A DNA stretch of 64,000 bases from an uncultured Neobacillus sp. GTDB lineage: Bacteria; Bacillota; Bacilli; Bacillales; Cytobacillaceae. Below the pieces are notes generated by a model. It saw nothing but the letters and a program-made list of their open reading frames with translations, ran no database searches and was not told where the DNA came from. Position numbers and translations under genes: made by a program. Shown piece after piece: positions 47,589 through 56,801 of the stretch. The stretch lies in contig CAYNUT010000005.1 in the NCBI GenBank assembly GCA_964400595.1, positions 547-64,546 of the forward strand. The letters are read 5' to 3'. Numbering within the stretch: position 1 is the first letter of the stretch; each line of letters starts with the position of its first letter.

Positions 47589-49223
47589 TTAAGCTCTCAC
47601 TTTTAATTTCTCTTGATCTCTTAATACTCTTCTAAGTAATTTTCCGACAGATGACTTTGGCAGCTCAGGAAGAATTTCCACTTCCTTTGGAGCCTTATAT
47701 GGAGCAAGGTTCTCTTTACCGAATTGTTTAATTTCCTCTTCTGTAATCGAAAAACCGGTCTTTAGCTTAACGTAGACCTTAACGGTTTCCCCGCGGTAAG
47801 GGTCTGGAACTCCGACGGCAAGCGCTTCCTCGACTGCTTCATGCTGGTAGAGCACTTCCTCAATCTCGCTGGGATAAACGTTGTAGCCGCTTGCGATAAT
47901 CATATCCTTTTTCCGATCAACAATATAAAAATAACCGTCTTCATCCATTCTTGCGATATCGCCCGTAAACAGCCAGCCATCTTTTAAAACAGCCGCTGTT
48001 TCTTCTGGACGGTTCCAGTAGCCTTTCATGACCTGCGGCCCTTTTACAATTAATTCCCCTGCCTCACCCACAGGTGCATCGACATATCCATCATCTGTCT
48101 CAAGAACAATTTTGACGATCGTACTTTGAACAGGAATTCCAATACTACCGTATTTTCTTGGGACAAATGGGGGATTAAATATAACCGTTGGAGATGCCTC
48201 AGACAGACCATAACCATCAAGGAGCATAGCACCTGTTCTTCTTTCGAACACCTTTGCAGCCTCCACCGGCAGCGGTGCGCCGCCGCAGCTTATGTAATAA
48301 AGGTCATCAAACCCGCACTCTTCGAGCCCTGTCTGGCTGTTTAAGGCGAAAAACATCGTCGGAACACCAGACAGTTGGAATGGTTTTTCGCGCTTAACCG
48401 TTTCCATCACTTCCTGCGGATCAAAGCGCGGCAGGATAATTTGATTGGCTCCTTCCCTAATTCCGCAAAGGGCCACACTTGAGAGCCCGTATACATGGAA
48501 AAATGGCAAAACACTAATCATTTTAAAATCTTCCGGTTTGTTATTACATGCTTTGTAGGCAAAATCACAAACCATATTGAAATTTGATAAAAGATTCGTA
48601 TGTGTCAGCATGACTCCCTTGGAGAGACCAGTGGTTCCACCTGTATATTGCAAGAGGGCGACATCCTTATCACGGTCAATCTCTACTTCTGGGAGGTTAA
48701 CCTCAACATGAAGAAATTCATCGAAATACTGATCCCCATCAGCAAGTTCAAACCTTTCGCCACCAAGGTTTACAACGAGCAATTTTTTTAAGGAAGTACT
48801 TGGCTGCACCTTTTTCACTCTTGGATAGAGCGCATCGAGAACAACCATATATTCAGAGCCTGAATCATTTAATACATGCTCGATTTCTCGTTCCACATAC
48901 ATTGGATTAACTTGGACAGCAATTCCACCTAAGCGAAAAACCGCGAATAGTGTGAAAATGTATTGCGGGGAATTGGGAAGAATAATGGCTAATCGATCAC
49001 CTTTAGTAAATCCAGCATTATGTAGAGCTGAGGCCAACCGATCTGTCATTGCTTTTGCAGCATTAAAACTAATTACATTGCCATAAAAGGTAAAGGCAGG
49101 CTTGTCACCGAACCGCCTAACAGCGTCTTGTAAAAAATCGTACAAGGAAGGATGTTCCATACTTACATTCTCATCAATTCTCGGGTCATAAAACTTCAAC
49201 CATGGCTTTTGCTGGTAAACCAT
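47589..49223 (-). CDS. Acyl-CoA synthetase (LCFA-CoA ligase type), paralog 2
   Basis: QYTGGTTGLSKG, GYGLSE, LPKSSVGK; start at MVYQQKPW. Confidence 0.93.
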   Translation of the reverse strand: MVYQQKPWLKFYDPRIDENVSMEHPSLYDFLQDAVRRFGDKPAFTFYGNVISFNAAKAMTDRLASALHNAGFTKGDRLAIILPNSPQYIFTLFAVFRLGGIAVQVNPMYVEREIEHVLNDSGSEYMVVLDALYPRVKKVQPSTSLKKLLVVNLGGERFELADGDQYFDEFLHVEVNLPEVEIDRDKDVALLQYTGGTTGLSKGVMLTHTNLLSNFNMVCDFAYKACNNKPEDFKMISVLPFFHVYGLSSVALCGIREGANQIILPRFDPQEVMETVKREKPFQLSGVPTMFFALNSQTGLEECGFDDLYYISCGGAPLPVEAAKVFERRTGAMLLDGYGLSEASPTVIFNPPFVPRKYGSIGIPVQSTIVKIVLETDDGYVDAPVGEAGELIVKGPQVMKGYWNRPEETAAVLKDGWLFTGDIARMDEDGYFYIVDRKKDMIIASGYNVYPSEIEEVLYQHEAVEEALAVGVPDPYRGETVKVYVKLKTGFSITEEEIKQFGKENLAPYKAPKEVEILPELPKSSVGKLLRRVLRDQEKLKVRA

Positions 49224-49362
49224 AAACTTACGATGCCTCCTCAGGATCTTTGTTATCAATATTCCTCCCGTTTAATCCCACTGCTGTAAATTCTTCGAAG
49301 TCATCATCTATTACATCAATTAGAATATTAATATAATTATGATTATTGTGGTAAAAATCCAA

Positions 49363-49404
49363 TTTGTAAACCTTACTTTCTCGACACAATTCCACAATTT
49401 ACCT
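49363..49404 (-). promoter_or_regulatory. Conserved upstream block of the acyl-CoA ligases (copy 2)
   Basis: TTTGTAAAC-N9-TCGACACAATTCCAC. Confidence 0.6.
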
Positions 49405-49619
49405 CTAATTTCCTTTATTAAAACATAGGAATCTCAACTAAAATCTAGTGTGTACAAAATGCGAATCATTGAGAAAATAGGCAGATTTTGTCGGAAAATA
49501 TTTTAAGTGTTCACAAAATTCCGTTTTGAAATAATGGGATTTTATTTCACTTTTAACTTTTTTCTACCATTTATAATAAAAAGAATTCAAAAATAATATA
49601 TCTCTATAAAAATAAAGAC

Positions 49620-49710
49620 GGTGTCAGGCACCACAAAAAGACATTTTACCCATTTTTGTCCGTGTGCAGTGGACATTCTATTATATAGCTCACATTGCAT
49701 GGACATTTTT
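49620..49710. repeat. REP-like repeat, long variant
   Basis: GGTGTCAGGCACCACAAAAAGACATTTT followed by repeated GGACA/TGTCC. Confidence 0.7.
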
Positions 49711-49773
49711 AGTTCTTTTGGGTTAGTGGCATTCATATAATCTAGTATTATTCTGAACAAAGGAGTTGTCTTC

Positions 49774-50577
49774 ATGCCAGTTACTAAGGCCAATGAAATT
49801 GATCTGTACTATGAGGTTCACGGTGAGGGAGAACCGCTGCTTCTGATTATGGGGCTGTCACTTAGCTCAAAATCCTGGTTCAGAACGGTACCAGCCCTCA
49901 GTGAGAACTATAAAGTTATTATTTTCGACAACCGTGGAACAGGTTTCAGCAGTAAACCGAATACGCCATATTCAATCGAGATGATGGCAAATGATGCCCT
50001 GGCTGTTATGGATGCAGCCGAAGTAGAATCAGCCCATGTCTATGGAATCTCCATGGGCGGGATGATTGCTCAACGATTAGCCATCCAATATCCCGAGAGA
50101 ATACGCTCCCTTATCCTTGGCTGCACAACTTCCGGCGGTGCTAATCATGTCCAGCCAGGGGCAGATGTTTCGATGCTCATGCTATCGAGAGCCTCTTCCA
50201 CGGCAACACCAGAGGAAATGGCCTGGGCTACGGCGCCAATCCTTTACAGTCAATCATTTCTTGAAAACCAGCGGGATTTGGTAGCTGAAGATATTAAGAG
50301 GCGGATAGAACAGCCGATTCTCCCTTATGCATATATGCTTCAGCTTCAGGCCTGTTTGGCTCATGATTCTTATAAGGAGCTTGACCAAATCAAAGTGCCA
50401 GCCTTCGTCATACATGGGGATGAAGATAAACTTGTCCCCTTCGAAAATGGTGAAACCCTAGCAGAGAAACTGCCAAATGCTGAATTTTTAACTGTTAAAG
50501 GTGCCGGCCATATCTATGTGACAGAGGCAAATGACCTAGTGAATCAAAAAGTGCTGGAATTTCTAAAAAAACATTAA
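49774..50577 (+). CDS. Alpha/beta hydrolase (enol-lactonase-like)
   Basis: GEGEPLLLIMGL, DNRGTG, GISMGG, HGDED, AGH. Confidence 0.88.
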   Translation: MPVTKANEIDLYYEVHGEGEPLLLIMGLSLSSKSWFRTVPALSENYKVIIFDNRGTGFSSKPNTPYSIEMMANDALAVMDAAEVESAHVYGISMGGMIAQRLAIQYPERIRSLILGCTTSGGANHVQPGADVSMLMLSRASSTATPEEMAWATAPILYSQSFLENQRDLVAEDIKRRIEQPILPYAYMLQLQACLAHDSYKELDQIKVPAFVIHGDEDKLVPFENGETLAEKLPNAEFLTVKGAGHIYVTEANDLVNQKVLEFLKKH

Positions 50578-50715
50578 TGGTGTAAAAAGCCTGGCCACAA
50601 TGTGGATGGGCTTTTTTCTAACCAGTCTTTTTTACTATTCATAATTTTTAAAATATTTTAACTTTACAAAACATGCTAATTGGATTTAATATAATATCAA
50701 ATAGGAGGGATCAAT

Positions 50716-51498
50716 ATGGGACAGGTTTCGATTAGTTGCTCCGGAATTCCTTATTTGCGTATGGGCTCAGGTGAACCTTTAGTTTTTATCCATGGTCTCG
50801 GTGAAGTGAAAGAGGGCTGGAACAATCAGTTTGAATTTGCTGATCAATATGACTTGATTATTCCGGATCTAAGGGGACATGGTGAACATATTTCATCAGA
50901 TAGAATCTCCATTCCGGCCTTCGCAAGTGATGTCATCGGATTATTGAATGAGCTTAATATTGAAAACGCTCACATATGTGGTTTGTCCATGGGAGGCATG
51001 GTCGCTCAAGAAATTTATCGTCAGGCTCCTGAAATGTGTAAATCATTAATGCTGGTTAGCACCTTCCACTTTGTTCCAAAACAGCTGGCAAAGCTAATAT
51101 TAAATTATCGTAAAGCCATATCCTTGTCCAACCGTCCAAAAATTTCAAAAGAAGCTGCCTCACGGATTGCGCTCAATTCATGGAATCGAAAAAACATCGA
51201 AGAATTCTATAAATTTTATAAACCAAATAATAGCGAAATTTTCCTTAAATCAGTCCAAGCATGTCTAAATGTCAATAATCAAAACCTTTTGCCAAAAATA
51301 AAAGTTCCTACTCTTATTGTCGGCGGCCAATATGATTCCATTATTCCTGTTTGGGTACAGCTCTGGATGCATAAAAAAATTCCCAACTCAGAGTTTGTTA
51401 TCGTCAGGAACACGGGGCATATTGCTAAATTAGAAGCAAAAGATTCCTTTAACAGAATCCTACGCAACTTTTTGAAAAAACACAGCATCGCAAGTTAA
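50716..51498 (+). CDS. Alpha/beta hydrolase, paralog 3
   Basis: GEPLVFIHGLGEVKEGW, GLSMGG, QYD, TGHIAKLE. Confidence 0.85.
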   Translation: MGQVSISCSGIPYLRMGSGEPLVFIHGLGEVKEGWNNQFEFADQYDLIIPDLRGHGEHISSDRISIPAFASDVIGLLNELNIENAHICGLSMGGMVAQEIYRQAPEMCKSLMLVSTFHFVPKQLAKLILNYRKAISLSNRPKISKEAASRIALNSWNRKNIEEFYKFYKPNNSEIFLKSVQACLNVNNQNLLPKIKVPTLIVGGQYDSIIPVWVQLWMHKKIPNSEFVIVRNTGHIAKLEAKDSFNRILRNFLKKHSIAS

Positions 51499-51669
51499 AA
51501 ATAATATATCACACCCCTAAAATTATGCAAAAATGCCCGGCCTCCACAGTCCGGGCATTTCTATAAATCTCCCATCCTACTATTGTATGCTTGCACTCGT
51601 TCCCCCATCAAATACGAGTACATGACCGAACATAATTAGAGGCATCTGATGCTGAGAACAGTTCAGGTC

Positions 51670-53310
51670 TTACGCTTTCATTTTAGCAAGCTCTATATCA
51701 CGCAATTCCCTCCTGAGCAATTTTCCAACAGATGATTTAGGAAGCTCAGCTAAGATTTCTACTTCTTTCGGAGCCTTATACGGTGCAAGATTGTCGTAGG
51801 CAAACTGCTTAATTTCATCAACTGATAGTGTAAAGCCTCCTTTTAGTTTGATAAATGCCTTAACCGTTTCCCCTCGGTAAGAATCCGGGACGCCAATGAC
51901 AATAGCCTCTTCGACCCCCTCTAACTTATAGAGAACCTCCTCGACTTCACGAGGATAAACATTGTATCCGCTCGCAATAATCATATCTTTTTTCCGGTCA
52001 AGGATATAGAAGAAGCCGTCTTCATCCATTTTGGCAATATCGCCGGTAAATAACCAGCCATCCTTAATTACTTCCTCTGTATCCTTAGGACGGTTCCAAT
52101 ATCCCTGCATAATCTGGGGGCCCATTGCAATCAATTCCCCGGCTTCGCCGACAGGAACATCGACATATTCTCCGTCTTCTGTCTCGCGGACAATTCTGAT
52201 CACCGTGCTTTGCACCGGAATGCCAATACTTCCATATTTTCCAGGGACAAATGGAGGGTTGAAGGCGAGTGTTGGTGCTGCTTCTGAAAGGCCATAGCCA
52301 TCATTAAGCTTCGCGCCGGTTAATTTTTCAAACACCTTGGCTGTTTCCACTGGAAGCGGCGCCCCTCCGCTGCCGATATACCACAATTTATCAAATTCAC
52401 ATTCCTTTAATAATTCCGGCTGGCTGATTAAAGCAAAGTACATAGTTGGTACTCCGGCAAAGATTAATGGCTTCTCCCGTTTAATAGTTTCAATTACTTC
52501 TTTCACATCAAACCGAGGCAAAATAATTTGATTGGCACCTTCTCTAATTCCGCATAGAGCGACACTTGATAGACCATAAACATGGAACATTGGCAGAACA
52601 GTTATCATTTTTAAAGATTCCGGCACATCATCCCATGTATTAAAAAGAAAATCACAAACCTGGTTGAAATTCGCTAAAAGATTATAGTGTGTAAGCATGA
52701 CACCTTTTGGAACACCCGTTGTTCCGCCGGTGTATTGCAGCACGGCAATATCTTGGTGAGGATCAATTTCAACAGCCGGGACTTCCCCGCCGCTTGCTAG
52801 AACTTCTTCAAAATAATAATCACCTTCTGCGAGTTTTTGTTTTTCACCGCCGAAGCTGACAACAGTTACATTTTTCAAGGATGTGTCCGACTTAACTTTA
52901 ACAATTTTTGGATAGAAAGCATCAAGGGCAATCATGAATTTAGCTCCAGAATCCTCTAAAACAAACTCGATTTCCCTTTCCACATACATTGGATTCACCT
53001 GAACAACAATTCCACCCAGGCGAAAAACAGCAAATAACGAAAAAACGTATTGAGGGCAGTTTGGAAGCATAATGGCGACACGATCACCTTTTTTAAAGCC
53101 TTCTCTATGTAATGCTGCTGCGAGCCTGTCGACCAGCACCTTTGTTTCAAAAAAGCTAAAGACCCTCTCATAAAAGGTGAAGGCTGGTTTTTCGCCAAAA
53201 CGATTGACAGCGCTTTCCAAGAAATCATAAAGCGACTCATGCTTTACACTCACATTTTCATCGACTCGCGGATCATACCATTTCAACCAAGGCTTTTGCT
53301 GATAAACCAT
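51670..53310 (-). CDS. Acyl-CoA synthetase (LCFA-CoA ligase type), paralog 3
   Basis: QYTGGTTGVPKG, GYGLSE, LPKSSVGK. Confidence 0.93.
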   Translation of the reverse strand: MVYQQKPWLKWYDPRVDENVSVKHESLYDFLESAVNRFGEKPAFTFYERVFSFFETKVLVDRLAAALHREGFKKGDRVAIMLPNCPQYVFSLFAVFRLGGIVVQVNPMYVEREIEFVLEDSGAKFMIALDAFYPKIVKVKSDTSLKNVTVVSFGGEKQKLAEGDYYFEEVLASGGEVPAVEIDPHQDIAVLQYTGGTTGVPKGVMLTHYNLLANFNQVCDFLFNTWDDVPESLKMITVLPMFHVYGLSSVALCGIREGANQIILPRFDVKEVIETIKREKPLIFAGVPTMYFALISQPELLKECEFDKLWYIGSGGAPLPVETAKVFEKLTGAKLNDGYGLSEAAPTLAFNPPFVPGKYGSIGIPVQSTVIRIVRETEDGEYVDVPVGEAGELIAMGPQIMQGYWNRPKDTEEVIKDGWLFTGDIAKMDEDGFFYILDRKKDMIIASGYNVYPREVEEVLYKLEGVEEAIVIGVPDSYRGETVKAFIKLKGGFTLSVDEIKQFAYDNLAPYKAPKEVEILAELPKSSVGKLLRRELRDIELAKMKA

Positions 53311-53387
53311 TTACACATCCTCCTCAAGCAATAATTTTAATTATTTCAATTCTTGATACAATATAAATTATTGTAATGAATAGAAAA

Positions 53388-53428
53388 TTTGTAAACGTAC
53401 TAATCTCGACACATTTCCACATTTACCC
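53388..53428 (-). promoter_or_regulatory. Conserved upstream block of the acyl-CoA ligases (copy 3)
   Basis: TTTGTAAAC-N9-TCGACACATTTCCAC. Confidence 0.6.
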
Positions 53429-53617
53429 ACCATTTTTTAATATAGTAAAAAAAGAAATTCCCACCTAAGCAGGGATTTCTTCTAATTTACTAACCTAGAA
53501 ATCAATCGAAATTTGTCAGAATACTATATATTGTTCACAAAATTATAACATTTTATGTGAACAATATATGACAAACTCGGTGAAGCACAACTTTTGTTGA
53601 AAATTGGATCTTACGCT

Positions 53618-55300
53618 TCAAAATCTTCCTGATTTAAAAATAGAGTACAGCAGCCATAGAAACATTATCGTGGCGATACCAAATCCGATTTCGACAATAG
53701 GAATTTGGGCTAGAAGAAAAGAGGTCTGCCCTGTTAAGGATGATCCAATAATAACTCCCGCCATTAAAATACATAACGATAACAGTGTAATGCTAAAAGA
53801 CAACCGGTTACTGATGCGATTTAATTTCTTAAAAAGCGATTCGAACTCCGGTGTCGTAATATCAATTTTCATCTTCCCTTTTTTCATCACGGAGGTAAAA
53901 TCTTTAACTGTCTGCGGAAGGTCTTGAATGATATCTTCATATTCATTAAATTGATTCCATACTTTTTCTGCCATGTTTATGGGATTTAAGCGTTCTTTCA
54001 CCAATTTCCGTCCAAACGGCTCAGCAATTTTAATAATACTTAAATCAGGATCAAGCTTTTGGATAACCCCTTCTAATGTCAGAAGTGATTTTGCAAGAAT
54101 CGTTAAATCTGTAGGAATCTTGATTCTATGCCGATAGGCAACAGCAAATAACTCATTCACGACTTTGCCAAGGCTCATCTCACTAAATGGAACATTGGAA
54201 TATTTCTCCCTGAGAACATCAACATCCGACCTTAACTTACCACGGTGGATAGTGTCAGGCACCAAGCCCATTCTCATTAATGTTCGAACTATATCATCTG
54301 TATTTTGGTTCATCATCGCAATCACTAACGAGGCTACATGATCTCTCATGTCCGGGCTCAGGCGGCCGACAATGCCAAAATCCATAAAGGCTATGACTTC
54401 TCCAGGCAGGGCCAAAATATTCCCTGGATGCGGATCACCGTGAAAAAAACCTTCGATTAAAATCTGATGAAATATAGCATTTACAACCGTTTCTCCAAGT
54501 GATTTACTATCATATCCAGCTTGATGAAGCTTGTCGATTTCGATTAATTTTGTTCCTTCAATAAATTCCATTGTTAAAACCTTCGCTGTTGTGTATTCCC
54601 AATATATCTTTGGAATCAGTACCTTTGATTCGTTTATAAACTGGCGGGCAATTCGTTCTGCATTGCGCCCTTCATTTTCATAATCCAATTCTTCCCGGAT
54701 AGAATTCACTAATTCTTCAACAATATCACGAATTTGATATCTCTCAGCCCACTCAAGCCTTGCCTCTGCTAATCTTGATAAATCCTGAAGAATTTCTAAA
54801 TCCGTTTCTACAACCTGCCTGATATTGGGCCGCTGCACCTTTACGGCCACTCTTTCCCCTGTTAGCAGCACGGCAGCATGAACCTGTCCGATAGAAGCTG
54901 CTGCAATAGGTATGGGGCAAAATTCGGCGAAAGAGTGATCAAGCGATTCATCCAATTCTTGTTCAAGAATCCTCTTTACATCTTCAAATGGAAAAAGAGA
55001 GACACTATCCTGAAGCTTTACTAACTCATGAATGATTTCAGCAGGGATGATATCCGGCCTGGTGCTGGCAATCTGTCCCATTTTCACAAAGGTAGGCCCA
55101 AGTTCCTCCAAAAACATTCTGATTCGTTCCCCGGTTGTCCTGGTACTTAATGTTTCATTCTCTTCGACAAAAACCCGCTTAGGGACGGATAACAGGTCTA
55201 GCAGCCCTAATTCTTTCATGATAAAGCCGAAGCCGTATTTAGTGAACGCATAAACAATGTCCCTGTAGCGCTGCAGGTGGCGGACTCTTTTTTTAATCAT
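53618..55300 (-). CDS. ABC1/UbiB/AarF-family atypical kinase
   Basis: LGPTFVKMGQ, AAASIGQVH, VAVKVQRP, FFHGDPHPGN, DFG, two C-terminal TM segments. Confidence 0.93.
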   Translation of the reverse strand: MIKKRVRHLQRYRDIVYAFTKYGFGFIMKELGLLDLLSVPKRVFVEENETLSTRTTGERIRMFLEELGPTFVKMGQIASTRPDIIPAEIIHELVKLQDSVSLFPFEDVKRILEQELDESLDHSFAEFCPIPIAAASIGQVHAAVLLTGERVAVKVQRPNIRQVVETDLEILQDLSRLAEARLEWAERYQIRDIVEELVNSIREELDYENEGRNAERIARQFINESKVLIPKIYWEYTTAKVLTMEFIEGTKLIEIDKLHQAGYDSKSLGETVVNAIFHQILIEGFFHGDPHPGNILALPGEVIAFMDFGIVGRLSPDMRDHVASLVIAMMNQNTDDIVRTLMRMGLVPDTIHRGKLRSDVDVLREKYSNVPFSEMSLGKVVNELFAVAYRHRIKIPTDLTILAKSLLTLEGVIQKLDPDLSIIKIAEPFGRKLVKERLNPINMAEKVWNQFNEYEDIIQDLPQTVKDFTSVMKKGKMKIDITTPEFESLFKKLNRISNRLSFSITLLSLCILMAGVIIGSSLTGQTSFLLAQIPIVEIGFGIATIMFLWLLYSIFKSGRF

Positions 55301-55447
55301 ATATATCACTCCTGTCTGGAGTCCTTTTCTACAACATCTCACTCTTTGCAGCTTTTTTCAAGTCTGGTTATGCGCCGTCTTAAAATGTTCATTTTTAAAA
55401 AAATCAATGAGCGGTCCTTTTTGCGGACCGCCCATTTAAGATTGAAA

Positions 55448-56620
55448 TTATTTTTTTAGCATAGTAAATACTTGCTCGACATCTTTATCTCCACGGCCCG
55501 AAAGATTGACGATGATAATATCGTTTTCAGAGAGGCCTTGTGCAAGTTTCATAGCATATGCAATTGCATGAGAACTTTCAAGTGCAGGAATAATCCCCTC
55601 TGTTTTGCTTAATACCAAGAAAGCATCTAATGCCTCTTGGCCTGTTACGGTTACATACTCCCCTCTTCCGCTAGTTTTTAAATGACTATGCTCAGGCCCC
55701 ACACCTGGATAATCCAAGCCAGCTGCAATCGAGAAGGTCGGTTTAGGCTCACCGTTTTCATCTAACAATGTTAAACATTTAAAACCGTGGATGACCGCAG
55801 GAACTCCCTCCGTTAAGGTTGGTGCCTCTGCCGGCTCCACTCCTATTAAGCGGACGCTTGGCTCTTCAAGATAGTGGGCAAACGCGCCGATTGCATTGCT
55901 CCCTCCTCCTGCACAGGCAATCACAGCATTAGGAAGCTTTCCTTCTTTTTCAAGAATCTGTCGTTTCGATTCTTCGCTGATAATAGACTGGAAATGTTTA
56001 ACCATCGTTGGATACGGATGCGGGCCGACTGCAGAACCTAATAAATAAAAAGTATTTTTATAGTTTTGCACCAAGTCCCCTAACGCTTCATCGACAGCGT
56101 CTTTTAAGCGCCCCTGTCCTTTTGTTACCGGAACGACCTTAGCTCCTAATAATTCCATACGGAAGACGTTCAGTGCCTGGCGTTCTGTGTCAACTTTGCC
56201 CATATAAATCACACATTCAATACCAAACATGGCACAGGCAGTCGCTGTGGCCACACCATGCTGGCCTGCTCCAGTTTCCGCGATAACCCTCTTTACTCCC
56301 ATCCGTTTCGCTAACAGGATCTGCCCGATGGCATTATTAATTTTGTGAGCCCCGGTATGGTTGAGGTCTTCCCGTTTAAGGTAAATTTTTGCCCCGCCCA
56401 GTTGCTTGGTAAGATTTTGAGCCAGGGTCAGCGGGTTTTCCCTTCCCACGTATTCCTTCAAATAAAATTTCAATTCCTCAATGAATTCCGGGTCATCCTT
56501 ATACCTTAAAAATTGATCTTCCAGTTCGTTCATCACTTGCTGAAGGTCCTCAGGAATAAAACTGCCGCCAAACTCCCCAAAATAACCCCGGCTTTCTAAA
56601 CTAACTCTCTCCTTGCTCAT
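55448..56620 (-). CDS. trpB: Tryptophan synthase beta chain (stand-alone)
   Basis: [48 protein letters not shown]. Confidence 0.95.
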   Translation of the reverse strand: MSKERVSLESRGYFGEFGGSFIPEDLQQVMNELEDQFLRYKDDPEFIEELKFYLKEYVGRENPLTLAQNLTKQLGGAKIYLKREDLNHTGAHKINNAIGQILLAKRMGVKRVIAETGAGQHGVATATACAMFGIECVIYMGKVDTERQALNVFRMELLGAKVVPVTKGQGRLKDAVDEALGDLVQNYKNTFYLLGSAVGPHPYPTMVKHFQSIISEESKRQILEKEGKLPNAVIACAGGGSNAIGAFAHYLEEPSVRLIGVEPAEAPTLTEGVPAVIHGFKCLTLLDENGEPKPTFSIAAGLDYPGVGPEHSHLKTSGRGEYVTVTGQEALDAFLVLSKTEGIIPALESSHAIAYAMKLAQGLSENDIIIVNLSGRGDKDVEQVFTMLKK

Positions 56621-56731
56621 CTCAACTCGACTCCTTCTACAAAAACTATTTTAACTGAATATTACGACAATTATTTTATCACATTATGGGTATTCTGCAA
56701 ACTCTAAAGCAAGTTGTAACCTTTTACTTAC

Positions 56732-56780
56732 AAAAAGAACCCAGCAAAACAAGACTTTGATCTCGTTATGCCAGGTCCTT
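56732..56780. repeat. Terminator-like hairpin repeat, copy 1
   Basis: AAAAGAACCCAGCAAAACAAG...CTCGTTATGCCAGGTCCTT; similar to 60615. Confidence 0.55.
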
Positions 56781-56801
56781 ATTTTGGTAATAGGCACCCA
56801 T

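Noticed and set aside
36461..49710. GTGTCAGGCACC repeats as a CRISPR array
   Set aside because: Copies are dispersed over kilobases with no regular spacers and no cas genes
56621..56800. T-box or TRAP leader for trpB
   Set aside because: No T-box consensus or (G/U)AG repeat array visible
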